Positions 40,129 through 47,765 of a stretch of DNA of 64,000 nt are shown here, in pieces. Each line of letters begins with the position of its first letter. The stretch's first letter is position 1. A program made the translations under genes and the position numbers. Origin of the DNA: Candidatus Woesearchaeota archaeon (GTDB lineage: Archaea; Nanobdellota; Nanobdellia; SCGC-AAA011-G17; ARS1403); NCBI GenBank assembly GCA_016188065.1, contig JACPIN010000005.1:13646-77645 (forward strand). The letters are read 5' to 3'. The notes beneath the pieces are model-generated. The model did not search any database and was not told where the DNA came from. It worked only from the letters and a program-made list of their open reading frames with translations.

Positions 40129-40248
40129 GCCGAGATCGCATAATCTGGTATTGCGCAGGTCTTGAATGAAACTTTTAGAAAAAGCTTCACCAAAAATAAG
40201 ATAACCTGTTCCCGAGAGGGTATCTGGGTTCAAATCCCAGTCTCGGCG
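40129..40248 (+). tRNA. tRNA-Ser(UGA), class II, with a 36-nt canonical (37/38) intron
   Basis: Acceptor GCCGAGA/TCTCGGC; 3-bp D stem with 11-nt loop; anticodon arm CAGGT-CTTGAA[intron 40167-40202]A-ACCTG; variable arm TCCCGAGAGGGTA; T arm TCTGG-GTTCAAAT-CCCAG. Confidence 0.75.
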
Positions 40249-40290
40249 CGCCATCAAAAAGATTTATATAGAGGTGGATAATAATTATAT

Positions 40291-40731
40291 TTGATGAAAA
40301 AGAGTGTGGCAAGAGCTGAAAGGAAAGACAAAGGGGTAATTTTCGTGTTTTCTATCATTGCATTATTCATTGTAGCTTTGGTTGGATTTAATCTTGAAAA
40401 CGTTACTGCCGGAGCAATAAGGAGTACCAAGACAACTGTAGATGTATCTCCAAAGTTTTTAAATGCGGGAGAGTATGTTACTGTAACTGTAAATCCTGGA
40501 AAGTATTGCGTTAACAGCGTAGTCGGATTCTATGATGATTCTGGATTGAGAAGGGCAACTGCAAGGACTGAAATTGGGAGCCCTAAAAAAGTCTGCCAAC
40601 AGTTCAGCGTCAAATATAAAACAAGCTCTGACTGGAAACCTGATGAAGAAGAGTCTGGAGTGTTTTTAGTAAAAGTATTTGATTACGGAAAGGAAGATTA
40701 TATTACAACTGCTTTCACAATAAATGAGTGA
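40291..40731 (+). CDS. Small secreted/anchored Cys-containing protein, paralog 1 of 3
   Basis: 146 aa; N-terminal TM/signal; conserved block VGFNLENVTAG...VDVSPKFLNAGEYVTVTVNPGKYCVNSVVGFYDD shared with the next two ORFs; stop overlaps the next start. Confidence 0.5.
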   Translation: MMKKSVARAERKDKGVIFVFSIIALFIVALVGFNLENVTAGAIRSTKTTVDVSPKFLNAGEYVTVTVNPGKYCVNSVVGFYDDSGLRRATARTEIGSPKKVCQQFSVKYKTSSDWKPDEEESGVFLVKVFDYGKEDYITTAFTINE

Positions 40732-41191
40732 GGAAATGGAAAAAAATAAATTAATCATCGGTGTTATTGCAGTTATATTGATTGCAGTGATAGGGTTTAA
40801 TTTCGGTAATTTAACTGGGAAGGTTACTAAGAATCTATCTCCGGATGCAACCGTATACCCAAATGTTGTTAAGGCTGGCGAAAAGATAAATGTAAAAGTG
40901 AAGCCAAATAATGGGTGTGTTGATCCTGAAATAGGATTTTATTTTTCTGGAAAATTGAGTGACGGCAGCATTACAAGCAGCGGCGGAAGGAAAGGTGTTG
41001 TGTCGCATAAAGGCGGATATAAGGTATGCAAAAATGATGGATTAATATTAGACAGGGATGGAACATTTACTGTGAGCTATAAGACCGAGCCTGGCTGGGA
41101 TGGAGAGCATTTTGCCAAGGTTTATTATTGGAAGAATAGAAATACAAAAGATTCTGTAAATGCATACTTCAATGTTTTGCCGAAAGAATGA
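40724..41191 (+). CDS. Small secreted/anchored Cys-containing protein, paralog 2 of 3
   Basis: 155 aa; IGFNFGNLTGKVTKNLSPDATVYPNVVKAGEKINVKVKPNNGCVDPEIGFYF; overlaps both neighbours (translational coupling). Confidence 0.5.
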   Translation: MSEEMEKNKLIIGVIAVILIAVIGFNFGNLTGKVTKNLSPDATVYPNVVKAGEKINVKVKPNNGCVDPEIGFYFSGKLSDGSITSSGGRKGVVSHKGGYKVCKNDGLILDRDGTFTVSYKTEPGWDGEHFAKVYYWKNRNTKDSVNAYFNVLPKE

Positions 41192-41649
41192 TGAAAATAA
41201 GCAATATTTTAATAGCTGCAGTTTTTTTAGTATTGATATCTTTATTTTCTTTAAATTTTGAAGAGCTAACCGGATATGTCCCTAAGCAAAGAATTCCTGA
41301 TGTCAGTGTAATTCAGCAGGTTGTTGATGCTGGCGAATACATTGATATTAGAGTTAAAATAAACGGATTCTGCATCGACCCTAAATTTGAAATTTTAACT
41401 AATGTAGATCTGCATAAAGACTATAAGACATATTTACCGACGGAAGATGATTGCGCCAAGCAGAATTTTAGGACGTGCAAGAGCCATAAGTACTGCCCTG
41501 GAGATATTAAAGACGATATCTTGGAATTGAGCTATAAAACACAGCCTGACTTTTATGGAGACTATAAAGTTAGAGTGAAATACATAGAGAAACCTGGACA
41601 GGATGAGTTCTACATGCCTTATATTGAAGCTGGATTCAAAGTTGTGTGA
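41188..41649 (+). CDS. Small secreted/anchored Cys-containing protein, paralog 3 of 3
   Basis: 153 aa; LFSLNFEELTGYVPKQRIPDVSVIQQVVDAGEYIDIRVKINGFCIDP; extra Cys cluster CAKQNFRTCKSHKYC. Confidence 0.5.
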   Translation: MMKISNILIAAVFLVLISLFSLNFEELTGYVPKQRIPDVSVIQQVVDAGEYIDIRVKINGFCIDPKFEILTNVDLHKDYKTYLPTEDDCAKQNFRTCKSHKYCPGDIKDDILELSYKTQPDFYGDYKVRVKYIEKPGQDEFYMPYIEAGFKVV

Positions 41650-41723
41650 AAAGATTTATTAATCCCCTATGAAATCCTTTTTCCTTTAGTTCTTTTTCAG
41701 CTTTATTCAAACACCATTTAACT

Positions 41724-42320
41724 TTATTGGAGGCTTGTGACATTTTCGATTATTTTTACTAATTTTTCATATCCTTGTAAAACATAACAATTTTTAATAA
41801 TATTCAGAACAACCTCATCTTTTTTCTTTAAGTTTTTAATTAAATCGTCTGGAGTCTGCTTCACTATATGCATGATTTTAGCAGATATTCCTCTTCTTTG
41901 GTTAATCTCTTTTTCTATCATACTATATCTCTCCTTTTTAAAAACAATTAATAAATCAATGTCGTTAGCGGTTTTAGGATTTCTTATAATAGATCCAAAT
42001 ATTATTGCAATCTCAATACATTCAAGCAATTCTTTGAATTCTGACAACCATCTTGATGCCTTCTCTCTTGCCTCTTCCATGAGAAGTATAGACATTAACT
42101 TGATTGTATATTCATCACTAAAATTTATTTTATAAAAAACAGCTTTCCCAAACTCTCTGCTGGTAAGGATATTCTGCGATTTAAGATTCTTGAGCATCTT
42201 TAAAGCCCCCCTCGGAGTTATCCCTATTTTTTTTGAAAGAGAATTGGCGTTATAATTATTAGTAAAATCTTTAAACAAAGTTAATAGTATTTCACTTTCC
42301 TTCTTTGTTAACCTTTTCAT
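41724..42320 (-). CDS. HTH plus minimal nucleotidyltransferase fusion (paralog of 27362..27910 and 46226..46744)
   Basis: 198 aa; N-terminal wHTH (GALKMLKNLKSQNIL); AIIFGSIIRNPKTANDIDLLIVF NTase motif. Confidence 0.65.
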   Translation of the reverse strand: MKRLTKKESEILLTLFKDFTNNYNANSLSKKIGITPRGALKMLKNLKSQNILTSREFGKAVFYKINFSDEYTIKLMSILLMEEAREKASRWLSEFKELLECIEIAIIFGSIIRNPKTANDIDLLIVFKKERYSMIEKEINQRRGISAKIMHIVKQTPDDLIKNLKKKDEVVLNIIKNCYVLQGYEKLVKIIENVTSLQ

Positions 42321-42362
42321 ATATCGGAACTATTTGTTCATATATCGGAACTATTTGTTCAT
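42321..42362. repeat. Perfect tandem duplication of a 21-bp unit (ATATCGGAACTATTTGTTCAT x2) between a TATA-like element and the start codon of the HTH-NTase gene
   Basis: Copies at 42321-42341 and 42342-42362; a TATA-like ATATATAAA follows at 42361-42369; the gene start codon is at 42318-42320 on the minus strand. Confidence 0.8.
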
Positions 42363-42431
42363 ATATAAATCTTTGCATAATTTTTGAATCTAAGTACTTG
42401 AATTTAGTATTGTTTATTTGATGAGACTTAA

Positions 42432-42653
42432 GATACTGCAAAAGAAAAAATAAGTAGAGAATTTATTGTTAAAGAAACTAAATACTATGTCCATGTTTCG
42501 GCATTAGTTAATAGAAAATTAGGCGTGTTAGAATCAGTTATAGAATACCTGAAAGAAAATTATGACTTGAATTATTCTGAGATTGGAAGACTGCTGGGAA
42601 GAGACCCGAGGACGATTTTGACTGCTTATAATCGAACTAGAAAAAAAGAATAA
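42432..42653 (+). pseudogene. ATG-less (5'-truncated) paralog of the small HTH protein encoded at 44005..44235
   Basis: Open frame from the stop at 42429 to the TAA at 42651-42653 encodes ...YYVHVSALVNRKLGVLESVIEYLKENYDLNYSEIGRLLGRDPRTILTAYNRTRKKE, about 80% identical to the 44005 protein but with no in-frame ATG/GTG start. Confidence 0.45.
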
Positions 42654-42665
42654 TTTTCTTTGATT

Positions 42666-43931
42666 TTATTTTAGTAACCATTTCCATAAGGGAATATATT
42701 TTATTTTTTTATTTTTGATTTTTTCTTCTCCTTCTTTGTCTTCTGTTATAACAAGAAGATTAGAGCATTTTAATTCTTTTGAGGCTTTTAGCAATGCTCT
42801 TAATTCTCTTTTTTTTGTATCGATATCAGAGATATCATAACATACCTGAATTAATTGTCCGACTTTTAGTTTTTCTTTTACGACAAAGTCCACTTCTTCA
42901 TGTTGGATATTTTTCCAGTAATAAAACTCAAGATTTGGATTGAAAGATTTTTTCCTTAGAAATTCTAAAGCAACTAAATTTTCATAGAGTCTTCCATAAT
43001 CCTGCGAATGCTTTATCGATACATTATTTATAATTCCAGTGTCTATAGCATAGATTTTTTTCTCGCTTTTTTCAATTTCTACTGGTTTAAAGGAAAACCT
43101 GTTTAGTAAAAAAATCATATAAGCTTCTTCTAGATAAGAAATATAATTTTTTATAGTATGTTCACTTTTAATATTGAATTGCTTCTTTATTTTGTTATAA
43201 CTAATCTTTCTTCCCGGGTTGCTTAGTAAAACTATAGCAATTTCTCTAAATGTTTTCTTATATGCTATGTCATATCTACTAATTATATCTCTCTCCACTA
43301 TCCTTCCGTATAGTTCTCTTAAATATCTCTTTGGATCTTCTTTTTCTACAACAACTTCAGGAAAGCCCCCGTTATTAAGATAGTTTTCAAGTTCCCTCTT
43401 TATAGCACCTTTGCCAATCGTGGTTTCGGTATCTTCTTTGAAATCCATCGCTTTTAAATATTCTTTAAAACTAAACGGAAATAATTCTATTGTTATGTGC
43501 CTGCCTGTTAAATGTGTAGCTAATTCTTTACTTAGTAACCTTGAATTACTACCAGTGATATAAATATTAAATCCTTGCCTTTTTAGCCTGTTGGAGAAGA
43601 GCTCCCACTTATCCAAATTTTGAATTTCATCAAAGAGAATATTTTTGACATTTTTCCCGTAAATTTCCTGGAAGGAGGATAATATCTCATCAGTATCAAA
43701 TTTGGTTAGCCTTTCATCATCAAAGTTCATATAAGCAAATTTTTCATTTTGTAGAAAGGCGTAAGATAATACTGATTTCCCACATCTTCTTGCTCCGATG
43801 ATTACTTTTATTAATTTAGAGGCTACTACATCTTTAAATGATTCATGAGCTTCCCTTTCAACAATCTTCTTTTTTTTTAACCAATCATCTAATTCTCTTT
43901 TCTGATCTCTTAATAAAAGCGTTAATTCCAT
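42666..43931 (-). CDS. AAA+ ATPase of the AAA_14 + DUF4143 family (COG1373-like), copy 1
   Basis: 421 aa; Walker A GARRCGKS, Walker B ILFDEIQ, DUF4143-like C-terminal half; the last ~40 aa are near-identical to copy 2. Confidence 0.75.
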   Translation of the reverse strand: MELTLLLRDQKRELDDWLKKKKIVEREAHESFKDVVASKLIKVIIGARRCGKSVLSYAFLQNEKFAYMNFDDERLTKFDTDEILSSFQEIYGKNVKNILFDEIQNLDKWELFSNRLKRQGFNIYITGSNSRLLSKELATHLTGRHITIELFPFSFKEYLKAMDFKEDTETTIGKGAIKRELENYLNNGGFPEVVVEKEDPKRYLRELYGRIVERDIISRYDIAYKKTFREIAIVLLSNPGRKISYNKIKKQFNIKSEHTIKNYISYLEEAYMIFLLNRFSFKPVEIEKSEKKIYAIDTGIINNVSIKHSQDYGRLYENLVALEFLRKKSFNPNLEFYYWKNIQHEEVDFVVKEKLKVGQLIQVCYDISDIDTKKRELRALLKASKELKCSNLLVITEDKEGEEKIKNKKIKYIPLWKWLLK

Positions 43932-44004
43932 AGATTTATGGCGTATTTTAACTATATAAATCTTTGTTTTTATAATACGTAAAAATTATAAATTTTACGC
44001 ATTT

Positions 44005-44235
44005 ATGGTTTTTATGATAATTAACTGTAATGGGTTAATTTTAGACGACTACAAAAACCTCCCAACCTTTTCTGTTCCTGTTTCTGCATTGACCGATAGA
44101 AAACTTGGTGTTCTTGAGAGTGTTGTGAAATTCTTGAAGGAAAATTACGAGCTGAATTATTCTGAGATTGGAAGATTATTGGGAAGAGATCCAAGAACTG
44201 TTTGGACTGCTTATTCGAGAGGGAAGAAGAATTAG
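44005..44235 (+). CDS. Small HTH protein with a DnaA-domain-IV-like motif
   Basis: 76 aa; LNYSEIGRLLGRDPRTVWTAYSRG resembles the DnaA C-terminal (F)GGRDHTTV(IHA) DNA-binding signature. Confidence 0.5.
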   Translation: MVFMIINCNGLILDDYKNLPTFSVPVSALTDRKLGVLESVVKFLKENYELNYSEIGRLLGRDPRTVWTAYSRGKKN

Positions 44236-44254
44236 ATATTATAGTAGAATAGAT

Positions 44255-45550
44255 TCATACTTGTAATAGCCACTTCCATAAGGGAATAAATTTTATCTTT
44301 TTATTTTTGATTTTTTCTTCCCCTTCTTTGTCTTCGGTTATAACTAAAAGATTATTACATTTTAGTTCCTTTGAAGCTTTTAATAGGGATTTCAATTCCC
44401 GTTCTTTTGTGCTAAGCTCTTCCAAGGAACAGCATACCTGAATTAGTTCCTTTACCTTTTTATTTTCAATAACAACGAAATCAGTTTCTTTTGCATTAGA
44501 GGATTTGTGATAGTAAACCTCTTTATTCTTTCTCAACAATTCAATAAAAACCAGATTTTCCATAAGTTTGTCCATGTCTTTGATCCCATTAATTGTCAAT
44601 AAACCATTATCTATAATATACATCTTTGGCAGAGATTGCTCTTTTTCCCTGTAAGAATATGAGAATTTCCTTAATGGGAAAGCGAAGAAAACATCATTTA
44701 AAGCATCAACATAATTATAAAGGGCATCTTTACTTGCTTTAATTCCTTGAGACTTTACAAAATTGTAAAATTTATGGACAGAAAATTCTCTTGCAATGGA
44801 ATTTATTAAAGTATTTATGAGTATCCTCAAAAGCTTTATATTTCGAATCTTATATCTTTCAATTACATCTCTAACAATTGTTGTTTCAACTATATCACGA
44901 TGAATTTTTTCTCTCTCTTTTTCATATAAAGCCACTTCAGGATATCCCCCTTTTTCAAGATAGTTTCTGAAATGGCTAAGAAGATTCCTCTTCCCTGATT
45001 TGGAAAGATATTTTTCGATTTTGAAACTCTTAAAGTGCAGATACTCTAAGAAAGAAAGGGGAAAAATTGTATAGGTTAGAGTTCTTCCTCTCATAGAGGT
45101 GGCAATTTCTCGGCTTAGGAGTTTTGAGGAAGAGCCTGAAAGAAATAGCTGTAATCTTTCATTGTCAATCAGGGTTCTTACTGAATTTTCCCATCCATCA
45201 ACCACTTGTATTTCATCAAAAAAAACCCAGCATTTCTTTTTTTCATTGTCAGGATATATCTCGAAAAAGGTATCAATTAAAACCAAGATGTCCTTCCCAG
45301 TGATCCCTTCAAGCTCTGCTCTTTCGAAGTTAATATACAATAATCTCGTTTTTTCAATTCCGTTGTTAATAAGTTCTGTTATGACTTGGAATAACCTAAA
45401 AGTTTTCCCGGACCTTCTAGGGCCAATGAGAGATATTGACCTCCTTAAGGGGATATAATCGGGGATATTTAAACTTCTTTTAATTAGATGGGGCAAATCC
45501 TTTTCATGAAAATCCTTTATAATTTCTCCGAGATTGGATTTAGTTATCAT
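44255..45550 (-). CDS. AAA+ ATPase of the AAA_14 + DUF4143 family, copy 2
   Basis: 431 aa; Walker A GPRRSGKT, Walker B VFFDEIQ; C-terminus LKASKELKCNNLLVITEDKEGEEKIKNKKIKFIPLWKWLL nearly identical to copy 1. Confidence 0.75.
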   Translation of the reverse strand: MITKSNLGEIIKDFHEKDLPHLIKRSLNIPDYIPLRRSISLIGPRRSGKTFRLFQVITELINNGIEKTRLLYINFERAELEGITGKDILVLIDTFFEIYPDNEKKKCWVFFDEIQVVDGWENSVRTLIDNERLQLFLSGSSSKLLSREIATSMRGRTLTYTIFPLSFLEYLHFKSFKIEKYLSKSGKRNLLSHFRNYLEKGGYPEVALYEKEREKIHRDIVETTIVRDVIERYKIRNIKLLRILINTLINSIAREFSVHKFYNFVKSQGIKASKDALYNYVDALNDVFFAFPLRKFSYSYREKEQSLPKMYIIDNGLLTINGIKDMDKLMENLVFIELLRKNKEVYYHKSSNAKETDFVVIENKKVKELIQVCCSLEELSTKERELKSLLKASKELKCNNLLVITEDKEGEEKIKNKKIKFIPLWKWLLQV

Positions 45551-45670
45551 GGTATTTCATAGAAGGAAATTATTTATAAATGTTTCCTTTTATAAAATCT
45601 GTAATTTATTGTAATGTCTTCCTTAATTTTTAAGTGGATTAATTCCTTCTTCAGAATCATTTCAACAACT

Positions 45671-45688
45671 ATTTCCATAGGGAATATA
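45671..45688. repeat. Decayed third copy of the 3' end of the AAA_14/DUF4143 ATPase gene
   Basis: ATTTCCATAGGGAATATA matches CATTTCCATAAGGGAATA(T/A)A at the stops of both ATPase genes (42669-42690 and 44268-44290), but no ORF follows. Confidence 0.4.
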
Positions 45689-45714
45689 GATTATCAAGGT
45701 TTTAAAAAGACGAA

Positions 45715-46131
45715 GTGTTGACCGTAAGCGTTGATTTATTAATTGGTGGAATGGGACTAAGGCAGACAGATTCATCTTTAAGTTTTGATATTATGAATAA
45801 GAATTCCACCCAGAAAGTTATAAATGGTCTGGAGAAAGAAATTAAAATTAAGATTCCTTCAAAAGAATTGTTAATTGCCATGAAATTTCATTCTGGAAGA
45901 TGATCCGATATTAGAGATATTATAGCCTTGATGCCATGCAATGAGGAAAAACTAAAAGTGCACATAGCAAAAGGAAATATAAAATTGCTAAAAGAAAATG
46001 TAGACAGGCAGAAAAAGTTCTTGGAAAAACCACAATTTGATGACAGCTTTAAGGTAATTTTTGGAATCAAAAGTTATAATGAGAAGAAGGTAAAGGAGGC
46101 AAAAAAAATTAATAAATACAGAGTATATTAA
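45715..46131 (+). pseudogene. Single reading frame interrupted by an in-frame TGA (45901-45903); unknown small protein, possibly a decayed partner of the adjacent NTase
   Basis: ORFs 45715..45903 and 45928..46131 are in the same frame (offset 213 nt) with an open frame between them except for one TGA. Confidence 0.3.
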
Positions 46132-46225
46132 AGTTATAAATATGCAGCAGAAGACTAAATCCTCAAATTTTTATCAGGATTCTGTTTTTTAACATCGCCC
46201 TTTTTTAAAAAAATTTCAAAATCTT

Positions 46226-46744
46226 TTACCATGATCCTTCCAGCACAATTCCATTAGTAAGACTTGCTTTAAATTCATTACTTATTTTATTTAAATCGAA
46301 TTCATGCAGATTTATGTGTTTTCTTAAAATCTTTTCATATTTTCCCATATTTAAGTCAATTTTTTTCTTTGTAAATACTGCTATATCTATATCAGACTTT
46401 TCTATATCATCCCCCCTGGAGAAACTTCCAAATAATATTATATTTTTTGGATGGTTGTATAAATTTGAGATATAATCTATAACACCTGATTTATAAATAT
46501 TTTCAAGATTGTGTAGACGCTTGAACCTTATAAAATTCATATTTTCCCTATCTGCCTGCACTTTAGTTATTACCTTTCCCTTAGTTTTTATAATCAATTT
46601 TTCTCTCGATAAAATATCTGTAGAAGCAACTATTGTAGGCATAGAAAACTTCAACAACCTAGAAAGTTCCCTAAGATGAAATTCTTTAGCGGGATTATCA
46701 AAAAATATATCTAATACCTTCTGAATGGTAGATTTTTCTATCAT
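46226..46744 (-). CDS. HTH plus minimal nucleotidyltransferase fusion (third paralog)
   Basis: 172 aa; wHTH N-terminus (FHLRELSRLLKFSMPTI); IILFGSFSRGDDIEKSDIDIAVF. Confidence 0.65.
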   Translation of the reverse strand: MIEKSTIQKVLDIFFDNPAKEFHLRELSRLLKFSMPTIVASTDILSREKLIIKTKGKVITKVQADRENMNFIRFKRLHNLENIYKSGVIDYISNLYNHPKNIILFGSFSRGDDIEKSDIDIAVFTKKKIDLNMGKYEKILRKHINLHEFDLNKISNEFKASLTNGIVLEGSW

Positions 46745-46916
46745 ATGATATATAAAACTGACAGATGGTATATAAATCTATCTATTTGTGTGTAATGTGT
46801 GTTTGTGCTATCCCGAAGCTATGTTGTGTAATCCTGAAATTATCCCCATCGATAGATGTTTTGAGCTCTCTTAATGTGAGGAAAAGTATTTAAATTTCAA
46901 AGAAAAACTAAAAGCA

Positions 46917-47765
46917 ATGGTTATTGAAAATCTTGTAAACCCTGCCAAGGCTGAAGGCCGGCCGTGGGAGATGTTCTTCCTTGGGTTTTTATATTCTTCA
47001 GTTGCTGTTTTCCTGAGCTTGTGGATATTTCAGGATTATTCTAGTTTAGTAATGGTGTTCCTGACTGTTTTTGCAAGTGTTCCGGTTGTATATACCTTAA
47101 TTGCTATTGAAGAAAAAAAAGATACTAGTAATAAGAGTGAAAGATTTTTGCTGAAGGAGCATAGCAAAGCGCTTGCTGTCCTAATCTTTCTTTTTTTGGG
47201 ATACACCGTCGCTTTTTCTCTATGGTTTGTTGTCCTTCCTGAAAACACTGTGCAAAACATGTTCAATGTCCAGCTTGAAACAATTAGAAGCATAAATGCG
47301 GGAGTTACAAGCTTTAGCACTGGAACTGGCTTTGTGATGCAGATTTTTAGCAATAACATTAAAGTTATGATCTTCTGCATAATGTTTGCCTTCTTATTTG
47401 GTGCCGGAGCGATCTTTATCCTGACCTGGAATGCTTCTGTTATTGCTGCTGCCATTGGAACTTTTATCAGGAGCAATGTTGCCAGCTATGCCGAAGCTGC
47501 CGGGCTTGGAAAATTAACCGGATACTTTCATATTGGAAGCATTGGACTGATGAGATATATGATTCACGGGATTCCGGAAATACTTGCTTACTTCGCTGCT
47601 GGCCTTGCAGGGGGAATAATTTCTGTTGCTGTAATAAGGCATGATTTTGGAAGCAAGAATTTTAACAAGATTTTGTACGACTCAATGGATTTAATTGTCA
47701 TAGCGATATTAGTTTTGTTTATCGCTGCCCTGATTGAAGTGTTTATCACTCCTGTTTTATTTTAG
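46917..47765 (+). CDS. SpoIIM/DUF95-like polytopic membrane protein
   Basis: 282 aa, 6-7 TM, topology and length typical of the DUF95 family; weak assignment. Confidence 0.35.
   Translation: MVIENLVNPAKAEGRPWEMFFLGFLYSSVAVFLSLWIFQDYSSLVMVFLTVFASVPVVYTLIAIEEKKDTSNKSERFLLKEHSKALAVLIFLFLGYTVAFSLWFVVLPENTVQNMFNVQLETIRSINAGVTSFSTGTGFVMQIFSNNIKVMIFCIMFAFLFGAGAIFILTWNASVIAAAIGTFIRSNVASYAEAAGLGKLTGYFHIGSIGLMRYMIHGIPEILAYFAAGLAGGIISVAVIRHDFGSKNFNKILYDSMDLIVIAILVLFIAALIEVFITPVLF

Noticed and set aside
42321-42362. Possible CRISPR array
   Set aside because: Only two directly abutting 21-bp copies with no spacers and no cas genes; no other repeat-spacer structure was seen anywhere in the window.
45901-45903. 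Alternative genetic code with TGA reassigned to a sense codon
   Set aside because: Many well-supported genes in the window terminate at TGA at sensible lengths with standard-code translation, so the interrupted frame is more likely a pseudogene or an error.
46780-46830. GT-rich low-complexity tract (TGTGTGTAATGTGTGTTTGTG) as a functional element
   Set aside because: Short, imperfect dinucleotide-like run with no partner repeat; noted only as a possible recombination scar within the island.
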